Assembly: GCA_039029735.1 (NCBI GenBank)
Contig: JBCCFL010000002.1
Span: 104,684-168,683 of the forward strand
Source: Actinomycetota bacterium
Lineage (GTDB): Bacteria; Actinomycetota; Acidimicrobiia; Acidimicrobiales; SZUA-35
Direction: 5' to 3'
Length of the DNA stretch: 64,000 nt
The notes beneath the pieces were generated by a model. The model had not been told where the DNA came from. It did no database searches and saw only the letters and a program-made list of their open reading frames with translations. Positions 34,518 to 45,242 of this stretch are shown piece by piece (position 1 is the stretch's first letter; each line of letters starts with the position of its first letter). The translations under genes were made by a program, and so were the position numbers.

Positions 34518-36818
34518 TCAGCGGGCGTCCTGGATGGCGCCCCACACGCGCTGGGCGGTGAGCGGCATGTCGATGTGGGTCACCCCGAGGTGCGACACTG
34601 CATCGACCACGGCGTTGTGGATGGCCGGCGTCGAACCGATCGTTCCTGACTCACCGATGCCCTTGGCCCCGAGGGGGTTGCGGGGGCTCGGTGTCTCGGT
34701 GTTGCTCGTCTCGAAGCTGCACAGCTCGGCGGCCGACGGCATGGCGTAGTCCATCAGGTTCGACGTGATGGGGTTGCCGCCGTCGTCGTACTCCACCACC
34801 TCGTAGAGGGCCTGCGCCGCGCCCTGGGCGATGCCACCGTGCTGCTGACCCATGACCAGCATCGGGTTGAGGATCTGGCCGCAGTCGTCGACGGCGATGT
34901 GGCGCACCATCTCGACCTCGCCGGTCTCGGTGTCGACTTCGACCACCGAGATGTGCGACCCGAACGGGAAGGTGGAGTCGGTGCCGTCGAAGTCCAGTTC
35001 GTGGGCGAGCCCGGGCTCCATGTCGCCGGGGCGCTGCGCATCGTCGTTCGACGCCGCCACCAGCTCGGCCCAGCTCTTGTTCGACGTTGGCACGCCGGCG
35101 ACCTGCAGGCCACCCTCGCCGACCACGATGTCGTCTTCGCTGGCCTCGAGGAGGTGCGCCGCCAGCTTCTTGGCCTTGGCCAGCACCTCACCGGAGGCGA
35201 TGTGCACGGCCGAGCCCGCGGTCTGGAGCGAGCGGGAGCCCATCGTGCCCTGACCACGCGGCACCTCGGCGGTGTCGGACTGGATCAAGGTCACGTCTTC
35301 CATCGGCACGCCGAGGATGTCGGAGGCGATCATCGAGAACGCCGTCTCGTGACCCTGGCCGTGGGCGCTGGTGCCCACTCGGGCGTTGACCTTGCCGTCC
35401 TCGGTGATCTCAACGGCGCCGTACTCCACGTGGAGCCCGGCGGGGGCGGTCACCTCGACGTAGGACGACACGCCGATACCGATCTGCTTCGAGTCACCGG
35501 AGGCCCGGCGAGCGGCCTGGTCGGCCAGAAGCTGGCTGTACCCGGCGGCCTCGACCACGGCGTCGAGCGACTTCTCGTACTCGCCCGAGTCATAGTTGGC
35601 GCCGCCGTGGGTGGTGAGCGGGAACTGATCGGGCTGCAGGAAGTTCTTGCGCCGGATCTCGACCGGGTCGATGCCGAGCTCGTCGGCGGCCCGGTCGAGG
35701 GTGCGCTCCAACAGCTGGGTGGCCTCGGGGCGACCGGCACCGCGGTAGGCGGCAGTGGTCGTGGTGTTGGTGGCGGCGGTTTCGGCGTAGTAGCGGATCT
35801 TCGGGATCTGGTAGACGCCCTGGATCATCGTCTGGGTGAAGATCGTGAGGAAGCCACCGATGGCCGGGTAGGCGCCGGAGTCGCACACCACCTTGGCGTC
35901 GAGGCCCACGATGGTGCCGTCGCTGGTGAGGCCCATCTTGGCTGTCATGGTCATGCCGCGGCCATGGGCCAGCGACACCATGTTCTCGCTGCGCTCCTCG
36001 GTCCACTTGACCGGGCGGTTCAGGTCCTGGGCGATCTTCGTGGTGAGGAAGTGCTCCACGTAGGGGCCGGCCTTGGGGCCGAAGCCACCACCGACGAACG
36101 GGGCAGCCACCCGGGTCTTCTCGGGGTCGAGCCCGACCATGCCCACGATCGCGTCTTTCACCGCGATCGGATTCTGCGAGGGGATCCACACGGTCATCTC
36201 GTCACCCTCGGGGATCGAGATGCAGCCGTTCGGCTCCATCGGGACGCCAGCCAGCCGCTGGGACACCATCTTGATCTCCACCACGGTGTCGGCGCCTTCG
36301 AGCGGATCGCCGTCGTCCTCGCCGAGGCCGATACCGGTCTCGAACACCTTGTTGGTGCCCTTCTCCTCGAACAGGATCGGAGCACCGTCGGCCAGGGCGG
36401 CCTCCATGTCGGTCACGGCTTGCAGCTCGGTGTAGTCGACGAACACGGCCTCCGCGGCGTCGGCGGCGATCTCACGGCTGTCGGCCACCACGGCGGCCAC
36501 GATGTCGCCGACGAAGCGCACCTTGCCCTTGGCGAGCACCGGGCGGTTGAACGCAGCGTCGAACATCGGGAAGCCCTGGAAGTCCGGGATGCCGATGTTC
36601 TCCGAGGTCCACACGCCAGCGACGCCTGGCATGCCCTCGGCCTCGCTGGTGTCGATGCTGTCGATCGTGGCGTGGGCCCACGGTGAGCGGACGAAGTGCA
36701 CGTAGCCCAGGCCCTCGATCTCCATGTCGTCGTAGTACTTGTCGACGCCCTTGAGGAGCGTCGGGTCCTCTCGACGGAGAACGGAGTTACCGAGAATCGA
36801 GCCCTGAACAGCAGTCAT
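34518..36818 (-). CDS. Molybdopterin-binding large subunit of the xanthine dehydrogenase/CO dehydrogenase family (form-II CoxL-like)
   Basis: 766 aa with the aldehyde oxidase/XDH a/b-hammerhead and MoCo-binding pattern. The active-site loop reads AAYRGAGRPEA. Confidence 0.9.
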   Translation of the reverse strand: MTAVQGSILGNSVLRREDPTLLKGVDKYYDDMEIEGLGYVHFVRSPWAHATIDSIDTSEAEGMPGVAGVWTSENIGIPDFQGFPMFDAAFNRPVLAKGKVRFVGDIVAAVVADSREIAADAAEAVFVDYTELQAVTDMEAALADGAPILFEEKGTNKVFETGIGLGEDDGDPLEGADTVVEIKMVSQRLAGVPMEPNGCISIPEGDEMTVWIPSQNPIAVKDAIVGMVGLDPEKTRVAAPFVGGGFGPKAGPYVEHFLTTKIAQDLNRPVKWTEERSENMVSLAHGRGMTMTAKMGLTSDGTIVGLDAKVVCDSGAYPAIGGFLTIFTQTMIQGVYQIPKIRYYAETAATNTTTTAAYRGAGRPEATQLLERTLDRAADELGIDPVEIRRKNFLQPDQFPLTTHGGANYDSGEYEKSLDAVVEAAGYSQLLADQAARRASGDSKQIGIGVSSYVEVTAPAGLHVEYGAVEITEDGKVNARVGTSAHGQGHETAFSMIASDILGVPMEDVTLIQSDTAEVPRGQGTMGSRSLQTAGSAVHIASGEVLAKAKKLAAHLLEASEDDIVVGEGGLQVAGVPTSNKSWAELVAASNDDAQRPGDMEPGLAHELDFDGTDSTFPFGSHISVVEVDTETGEVEMVRHIAVDDCGQILNPMLVMGQQHGGIAQGAAQALYEVVEYDDGGNPITSNLMDYAMPSAAELCSFETSNTETPSPRNPLGAKGIGESGTIGSTPAIHNAVVDAVSHLGVTHIDMPLTAQRVWGAIQDAR

Positions 36819-36915
36819 GGACGCTCCTTACCAGTGCGGGGTACGTGCAGTCGGATGAGAATTGTGCCTCTGATTGTGGTCGTCAGTCACGTCTCGCGCC
36901 GAATTGGGCGGACAG

Positions 36916-38130
36916 TCAGCCGGCCGTTGGGTTCAGGGCCCGCCATCGACGGGCGATCACGGTGTTGAGCACCACCAGTGCAACGAGGGCGGTGGCGGCG
37001 GTGAACCCGAAGGCTGCGGTGTAGCCGTAGCCCACCACGATCAACCCGAGAAGGGGGCCGACGAGGGCGTTGGCGATGTCGTAGAAGCCGGTAAACGTGG
37101 CCATCGCCGCCCCTCGTTCGTGGTCGGGAACGCCCGCGATCGCAAGGGGGATGAACGACGGCGATTGCAGTGAGAGTCCTGCCGCCAGCAGCACCGCCCC
37201 CACGAACACACCAGCGGGCGCAGTCCAGAAGGCCACCACCAGAGCCGCGATGACGGTGACCACGAGTGCGCCCGAGCCCGCCCTGATCGGCCCGATCACG
37301 TCGGGGATGCCGCCCCCGAACAGGCGGACGAGGATCACCGCCCCCGACAGCACGGTGAAGATGATCGACACGTCGCGCACGCCGACCTCGCGGCCGTACA
37401 ACGAGGCGAAGGCCAGGAACCCGTTGAAGGCGAACACACCGAACAACGTGACCACGCCAGGCAGGAGCGACGCCCGGTACACGAGGGGAGCTGGCACACG
37501 CTCGGGGTCACCGGGCGTTGGGGGGGTGAGCAGGAGCCCGACGGCACCGGCGGCGAGTGCCAACCCGCCGACGAGCATCCACACCTCGTCGTAGCCGAAA
37601 CGGTCGAGGAGGCGAACGCCGACCACAGGGCCGAGCCCCAGCCCGGCGTGGATCGCCACCAGGGCGAGGCTGGCGGCCTGGCTCCGCCGATTGTCGGGGG
37701 CCAGTTCCAGCGCTCGCATGGTGACACCGATGAACACCCCAGCCCCGCCGGCGCCGAGGATCAGCCTCGACACGATGGCGACGGGAACCGACGCGGGGGC
37801 CACCAGGAGCACGGCCATCGATGTCGCAGAAACCAGGGCGCCCCAGAACACGATGTGGCGGGCGCCTCGCCCGTCGGCCACTCGGCCGATGAAGGGTCTC
37901 GTCAGCAGCGCCGACACGGCGATGGAGCCCATCACGGTGCCGGCGGTGGCCTCGGTGCCGCCGATCACGTCGACCACGAACGTCGGCATCAGTGCGTTGA
38001 GCACGCCGGTACCCGCGAAGAACAGCGACGAGGTGAGCATCAGGGCCACGAACTCGGCGCCGAGGAGTCGTTCGGGCGACGAAGGGCCGGGCACTGCTGC
38101 GAGGGTACGAACTCGGGTCGTGCCGGGCAA
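36916..38130 (-). CDS. MFS transporter
   Basis: 404 aa with about 12 TM segments and an MFS loop motif (GRVADGRGAR). Confidence 0.8.
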   Translation of the reverse strand: MPGTTRVRTLAAVPGPSSPERLLGAEFVALMLTSSLFFAGTGVLNALMPTFVVDVIGGTEATAGTVMGSIAVSALLTRPFIGRVADGRGARHIVFWGALVSATSMAVLLVAPASVPVAIVSRLILGAGGAGVFIGVTMRALELAPDNRRSQAASLALVAIHAGLGLGPVVGVRLLDRFGYDEVWMLVGGLALAAGAVGLLLTPPTPGDPERVPAPLVYRASLLPGVVTLFGVFAFNGFLAFASLYGREVGVRDVSIIFTVLSGAVILVRLFGGGIPDVIGPIRAGSGALVVTVIAALVVAFWTAPAGVFVGAVLLAAGLSLQSPSFIPLAIAGVPDHERGAAMATFTGFYDIANALVGPLLGLIVVGYGYTAAFGFTAATALVALVVLNTVIARRWRALNPTAG

Positions 38131-38174
38131 TCCGAGCCGGCGTGGAGACGTCGAGGCGTCGAGGAGTCGAGACG

Positions 38175-38834
38175 TCAGGGCATCGGGTTGGAGGCGGTGT
38201 CGTTGACGCCAGCGGTGTGCGTGGTGGCCTCAGCTCCAGCTCCCGCAGCCACGAGGGCGGCCACCTCATCGGCCAGCTCCATCGTGACGGGTTCGCCGGT
38301 GAGGAGGAGCCGTACCCACAGTGGACCGATCAGCGTCTCGATGACGAGCGTGGCATCGGTGCCGGGTGGGAGTTCGCCCCGCTCGATCGCCCGCTCGACG
38401 ATGGCCCCGGACAAGGCCAGACGCTCGGCCCAGAACCCGCCCATGCCGGCCGCCAGTTCATCCGATGTGATCGCCGCCGCCACCAACGATCGCGACCGTC
38501 GTCCCCGCGCCTCGGGCGTCATGTTCCCCGCCACGGCGCGGGCCAAGGCCTGCAGATCGGCCGAGAACGAGCCGGAGTCGGGGATCGGGATGTTCTCCTC
38601 GGAGGCCTCCCGGGCCGAGTCGGCGATCAGTTCTGACTTCGTTGGCCAGCGCCGGTAGACGGTGGTCTTGTGCACGCCGGCTCGGGCGGCGACGGCCTCG
38701 ATGGTCAGGGCATCGAAGCCCGCCTCGACAAGGAGTTCCTCGGTGGCGTGGAGGATGGCGGACCTCACCCGGGCGGCCCGACCGCCGGGGCGTTGATCGC
38801 CAACTCGGGGCGCAGACTCTGTCACACCCGTCAC
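38175..38834 (-). CDS. TetR/AcrR family transcriptional regulator
   Basis: GTG start with an N-terminal TetR HTH (ILHATEELLVEAGFDALTIEAVAARAGVHKTTVYRRW). Confidence 0.9.
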   Translation of the reverse strand: MTGVTESAPRVGDQRPGGRAARVRSAILHATEELLVEAGFDALTIEAVAARAGVHKTTVYRRWPTKSELIADSAREASEENIPIPDSGSFSADLQALARAVAGNMTPEARGRRSRSLVAAAITSDELAAGMGGFWAERLALSGAIVERAIERGELPPGTDATLVIETLIGPLWVRLLLTGEPVTMELADEVAALVAAGAGAEATTHTAGVNDTASNPMP

Positions 38835-38849
38835 ACTATCGCATCTTCA

Positions 38850-38903
38850 GTTGCGTTTGTAGTCCACCTGGTTCATAGTGGGTAACGCAACATGAGTTGC
38901 GAC
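38850..38903. promoter_or_regulatory. Candidate TetR operator in the divergent intergenic region
   Basis: GTTGCGTT (38850-38857) and its reverse complement AACGCAAC (38884-38891) are followed by a third copy GTTGCGAC (38896-38903). The site lies between the TetR gene and the SRPBCC gene. Confidence 0.3.
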
Positions 38904-38928
38904 AACAGAGCCAGCCGAGGAGCCTGCC

Positions 38929-39378
38929 ATGCGCCACGCAATCCACACCGAGATCGACATCGACGCCGCCCCCGAGGTGGTCTGGTCGGTGCTCACCGAT
39001 CTCGACGGCTATGCGGAGTGGAACCCGTTCATGACCGAGTCGTCGGGCACCGTGGCGGTTGGTGAGCGGCTCACCAACCGGATGCACCCCCCGGGCGGCC
39101 GAGCGATCACCTTCAAGCCGACCGTCACCGCGGTCGATCACGGCCGGGTGTTCGAGTGGCTCGGGAGGCTCTGGGTCAACGGTCTGTTCGATGGGCGGCA
39201 CCGCTTCGAGCTGACGCCGATCGCCGGAGGTGGCACCCACCTCGACCACAGCGAGTCGTTCAGTGGCGTGCTCGTGAGGGTTCTGCGGTCATCGCTCGAC
39301 ACGCAGACCAGAGAGGGGTTCGAGGCGATGAACGCTGCCCTCAAGGCACGAGCCGAACAGGTCGCGACGTGCGCCTGA
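38929..39378 (+). CDS. SRPBCC (polyketide cyclase/dehydrase-like) domain protein
   Basis: 149 aa with a typical SRPBCC N-terminus (IHTEIDIDAAPEVVWSVLTDLDGYAEWNPF). Confidence 0.75.
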   Translation: MRHAIHTEIDIDAAPEVVWSVLTDLDGYAEWNPFMTESSGTVAVGERLTNRMHPPGGRAITFKPTVTAVDHGRVFEWLGRLWVNGLFDGRHRFELTPIAGGGTHLDHSESFSGVLVRVLRSSLDTQTREGFEAMNAALKARAEQVATCA

Positions 39379-39404
39379 GGTGCTGTGTCACCGTAGTCGG
39401 CGCC

Positions 39405-39443
39405 GAAAACAGGACCCGCCCCGGGTGGGCAAACCCGGGGCGG
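39405..39443 (-). terminator. Rho-independent terminator (minus strand)
   Basis: A perfect 11-bp GC-rich stem (CCGCCCCGGGT / ACCCGGGGCGG, forward coordinates 39416-39443) with a 6-nt loop. On the minus strand it is followed by GTCCTGTTTTCGG. Confidence 0.55.
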
Positions 39444-39614
39444 AAGGGATACGGCGACCGGACCAAACGGAGGGATGGGTAGGGCGACAGGTCCGGCCGC
39501 CGTAGAGCGGTCCCCGAATCAAGGGTGGACTCGATTCCTGGGTGCTCACTACAAAAGAACAGCCCAGGAGCGGGGATATTCCAAGGGTCGCATGTGCAAC
39601 CCCTGTGATGTGCG
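39444..39614 (-). ncRNA. Candidate structured RNA or long structured lon 3' UTR (hairpins with C-rich loops)
   Basis: The 170 nt between the lon stop and the terminator fold by eye into three hairpins. One is a ~14-bp stem (39451-39503) whose minus-strand loop reads UGUCGCCCUACCCAUCCCUCCGUUU. Confidence 0.3.
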
Positions 39615-41999
<2,385 letters not shown>

Positions 42000-42076
42000 T
42001 GAGGCCTCCTTCCGGATGATCCGACGACGCTTCTCCCGCTCCCCGGAGACCAGGGTGGGTTGACGTCTGCCGTCTT

Positions 42077-42098
42077 AGATTACAAGATTACATGTAAT
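42077..42098. promoter_or_regulatory. AT-rich repeat and palindrome element in the lon / RHH-gene divergent intergenic region
   Basis: A tandem AGATTACA-AGATTACA (42077-42092) overlaps the perfect 12-bp palindrome ATTACATGTAAT (42087-42098). It sits in the most AT-rich stretch I noticed in this window (about 42070-42110). Confidence 0.35.
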
Positions 42099-42209
42099 GA
42101 TAGTTGCTCGGTAAGGAACCGAGACCCCCCGACGGCTATTCCCGATCGACTGAATCGGGTTTGGGCGTCTCCGGGGCAGAGAACGACTCCCCCACGAAAG
42201 AAGTTCCCG

Positions 42210-42734
42210 ATGCCCAAGCGCCCCACCCCACCCCTCACGCCAGAAGAAGCCGCGGCCTGGTTCGCCGGTCGGATACCCGACGACTGGTTCGTCGGGCCGC
42301 CCCGAGTCATTCATGACCGGGACGAGATCCTCGTGATCGGGCGTCTCGCCGACCCCGACGCGCCCGAAGGCGAGGATTCGGCCCGTGTGGCCGCCACTGC
42401 CCGCATCAGCGGATTCCGGGAGGACACCCGCCAGTACCGCATGCGTGTGGCCGACGAGGCCCAGGCCCGATGGCACCGCGTGGTGTCGTGGGGCGCAGAG
42501 TGCGGTGATGTCGAGGCCACATTCACCCACGCGTCGGTGCCGGTGATGACCCGCCTCAAGCTCGAACAGCGAGCGCTGCTCGACACCCTCATCGATGCTG
42601 GCGTGGCATCGAGCCGCTCTGAGGCCTTGGCCTGGTGCGTGGAGCAGGTGGACGAGCACCAGAGCGAATGGATCGACCGCCTCCGCGACGCCATGACCGA
42701 GGTGGAGCGCATCCGCTCCGAAGGCCCGAACTAA
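42210..42734 (+). CDS. Conserved hypothetical protein with a C-terminal ribbon-helix-helix-like motif
   Basis: I chose the ATG at 42210 (MPKRPTPP...). The C-terminal segment VMTRLKLEQRALLDTLIDAGVASSRSEALAWCVEQ fits the RHH (CopG/Arc) pattern of strand, helix, then xRSE-helix. Confidence 0.55.
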   Translation: MPKRPTPPLTPEEAAAWFAGRIPDDWFVGPPRVIHDRDEILVIGRLADPDAPEGEDSARVAATARISGFREDTRQYRMRVADEAQARWHRVVSWGAECGDVEATFTHASVPVMTRLKLEQRALLDTLIDAGVASSRSEALAWCVEQVDEHQSEWIDRLRDAMTEVERIRSEGPN

Positions 42735-42741
42735 CTCCCGC

Positions 42742-43332
42742 TCAGGTGGTGGGGGAGATGAGGCCCTCGGTGACGAGGAACTGCTCATAGCGGCTGGGGT
42801 CGATCCAGGCCCCGGTCGCCTCGGCGAACACCCGGGCCGGCGCCGCCATCAGATCGGTCTGGCCGGCCCGCGCTGCGGTCGACGACACGCCGTCCACCAC
42901 CTCGTCGGGGAGCCGGAGCAACACCTCTGGCTCCACCTCCAGTGGTGGCCGGGGGGCGACGGCGACCTCGGGGAGCTGCGCCAGGGTGGCATCGCGCACC
43001 GCAGGATCGTCGTCGTACCACTGGAGCTCGTGGATCTGGAGCCACTTGTCGGCGCCCATGATCACCACGTCGTACCCCTCGGCGATCTCGGCGACCAGCC
43101 GCTTGTCGGTCACGGCGGCATCGAGCCAGTCGTGCTCGGCTGCAACGGCCTCGAGCACCTGCCAGCGGTGAGCGAAGATCGGCCGCTGCACCCGGTGCTT
43201 GCCAAGCACCTCGGCGCTGGTGGCGAGCACCACCTGGTCCAGCTCGAACTGATCTCGGGCTGCGGCCGCAATCGCCACGTGGGCCGTGGTCGGCGGATTG
43301 AACGAGCCCGGATAGACGCCGGTGCGAGGCAT
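42742..43332 (-). CDS. Nucleotidyltransferase (NadD/NMNAT-like cytidylyltransferase fold)
   Basis: I chose the ATG at 43332 (MPRTGVYPGSFNPPTTAHVAI...). GSFNPPTxAH resembles the (T/H)xGH motif of nicotinate/nicotinamide mononucleotide adenylyltransferases. Confidence 0.6.
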   Translation of the reverse strand: MPRTGVYPGSFNPPTTAHVAIAAAARDQFELDQVVLATSAEVLGKHRVQRPIFAHRWQVLEAVAAEHDWLDAAVTDKRLVAEIAEGYDVVIMGADKWLQIHELQWYDDDPAVRDATLAQLPEVAVAPRPPLEVEPEVLLRLPDEVVDGVSSTAARAGQTDLMAAPARVFAEATGAWIDPSRYEQFLVTEGLISPTT

Positions 43333-43382
43333 TGGATCAGGATGCCAGCCGTTCGTGTTCCGGCCACCGTCGGGCCACGAAG

Positions 43383-44570
43383 GTGTCACCGGGAGGGGCG
43401 GGAGCGCCGGCTGCGGCCGTCTACCCTGACCCCGTGGCAGGAACCCCCGAGCCTGCGCTCGATCCCGACGAGCGGGGGACGCTCTCGCCCGGTGCGCTCC
43501 TCGACACTGACGCCTTCTTCGCCGAACTCCTGAACCGCATCGCAACCGCCCAGCAGCGGGTGCTGGTGCAGCTCATGACGTTCGATGGAGACGCCGCCGG
43601 GCTCCCCGTGGCCGACGCGCTGATTGCCGCGGCCGGCCGTGGGGTCGTGGTCGACCTGGTTGTCGACTGCTTCGCCCTCCGGTTCGTGAGTGACCAGTCC
43701 GCGACAGCTCCTGCCGTTGCCAACGAGGTGGCTCGCACGCAGCGCATGTTCCGGGCGTTGCGTGACGGCGGGGTGACGGTGCAGTTCACCAACCCGTACG
43801 GACCAACCGGCTGGCTCTACTACATGGCCCGGAACCACAAGAAGATCGTGGTGATCGACGACACCGCCTACCTCGGTGGCGTGAACGTGTCGGATCACAA
43901 CGCGTCCTGGCACGACTTCATGGTTCGCCTCACGGATCCGGTGCTCGTCGAGGCCGTGGTTGCCGACGTGCTCACGACCCAGGAGGGCCGTGTCGTCGAG
44001 CGCACCGGACCGATTCTCACCAACGGTGCCATCGAGGCCACGTTCGACGAGATGGTGACGACAGCCGAGCGCCGAGTGGTGGTCGCATCGCCCTATGCAG
44101 TGGACCGCCGGCTCCCAGGCGTGCTCGCCGCCAGCGGTGCGCCCGAGCGAACGCTCGTCCTTGCTCCCGATCAGAACTATCCGTACCTCGAGCTGATCAC
44201 CCCGGCGATCGTGAAGCAGCTCGACGAACTCGGGGTGCGCACTGTCACCTACCGCCGGTTCTCCCACGCCAAGTTCCTGCTGGCCGACGACCGGCTGCTG
44301 GTCGGCTCGTCCAACTTCGGTCGTCACAGCTTCTGGTGCAACCAGGAGATCGGGCTGATCATCGACGATCCGGCCTTCGTCGCCCACTTCGTGGCCACGA
44401 TGCTCGACGACCTCGTGGAACGTGAGCCCGAGGCCCGCTGGCAGCAGCGGGCAGTCGGGGCGGTGGCTGCGGTTGCGATGGACATCGGCCTCCGGGCCTA
44501 CGCCCGGGTGGTGGTGCCGCGCGTGCCGCCGCTGGCCGACTTCGACACGGTGGTCGGAGGTCGACCATGA
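43383..44570 (+). CDS. Phospholipase D / cardiolipin synthase-like protein (two HKD motifs)
   Basis: The start is uncertain (TTG 43332, GTG 43383 or GTG 43434). The HKD motifs are HKKIVVIDDTAYLGGVNVSDHN and HAKFLLADDRLLVGSSNFG. Confidence 0.8.
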   Translation: MSPGGAGAPAAAVYPDPVAGTPEPALDPDERGTLSPGALLDTDAFFAELLNRIATAQQRVLVQLMTFDGDAAGLPVADALIAAAGRGVVVDLVVDCFALRFVSDQSATAPAVANEVARTQRMFRALRDGGVTVQFTNPYGPTGWLYYMARNHKKIVVIDDTAYLGGVNVSDHNASWHDFMVRLTDPVLVEAVVADVLTTQEGRVVERTGPILTNGAIEATFDEMVTTAERRVVVASPYAVDRRLPGVLAASGAPERTLVLAPDQNYPYLELITPAIVKQLDELGVRTVTYRRFSHAKFLLADDRLLVGSSNFGRHSFWCNQEIGLIIDDPAFVAHFVATMLDDLVEREPEARWQQRAVGAVAAVAMDIGLRAYARVVVPRVPPLADFDTVVGGRP

Positions 44571-45211
44571 CGCTCGCCTCCCCCCGGATCCGTCGCCTGA
44601 TCGGCATTGCCGGCGCCCTTGCCGCCGTGTGCGGCGTGATCTGGGTGATCGGATGGTGGACCGATCTTCTCGTGCTCCGGTTCGCCGGCCTCATGCTTGG
44701 TGCCGGAACGTTCCTCCCGCTTCCGGCCGACACCTTCGTGCTGGCGGTGTCGCCGAACCTGCATCCCGTGACGGTGGGGGTGGTGGGCGGGCTCGCCAAC
44801 ACCGCAGCCGTGCTCGTGGAGCGATCGTGGATCCGGACCCTCGTCGACCATCCTGCGTTCGCCCGGTTCTCGGCGTTCTTCGACACGAGCCGGGTGGTGG
44901 GATGGACCAGCCGCAACATGTTCGTCGCCTTGTTGGTCGGTGCTGCCTCGTTCATCCCGTTCGAGCCCTTCCGGCTCATCGCCGTGATGCGCGACTACTC
45001 CCCATGGCGCTACGCCCTGGCCACCTTCATCGCCCGGGGCGGTCGCTACTACGTGCTGGCGGCCCTGGGAAACGTGTTGCTCGACATCGGCATCCTCCAG
45101 CAGGCGATCTGGGTGGCCTTCGCTTTGTTCCTCGTCGGTGTGTGGCGGATGCTGGTACGCCTCATCCGCATGAGGCGCGAACCAGCGCCGCTTCCCGAGG
45201 CGCACCAGTGA
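44567..45211 (+). CDS. Integral membrane protein (possibly VTT/DedA-like)
   Basis: Its ATG overlaps the PLD-gene stop (ATGA). It has about 5 TM segments, including GAGTFLPLPADTFVLAV. The family call is tentative. Confidence 0.5.
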   Translation: MTLASPRIRRLIGIAGALAAVCGVIWVIGWWTDLLVLRFAGLMLGAGTFLPLPADTFVLAVSPNLHPVTVGVVGGLANTAAVLVERSWIRTLVDHPAFARFSAFFDTSRVVGWTSRNMFVALLVGAASFIPFEPFRLIAVMRDYSPWRYALATFIARGGRYYVLAALGNVLLDIGILQQAIWVAFALFLVGVWRMLVRLIRMRREPAPLPEAHQ

Positions 45212-45242
45212 CCAGTCTTCACGTCCCCACCATGATCCGAAC

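Noticed and set aside
34839-36686. 615-aa plus-strand ORF opposite the CoxL-like gene.
   Set aside because: It is a shadow ORF. The minus-strand frame encodes a full-length XDH-family large subunit.
39379-39614. The possibility that the lon-downstream region is a tmRNA, SRP RNA or tRNA.
   Set aside because: It is too short for tmRNA. It lacks the SRP domain IV GGAA-tetraloop motif and any cloverleaf. I kept it only as an unclassified structured RNA candidate.
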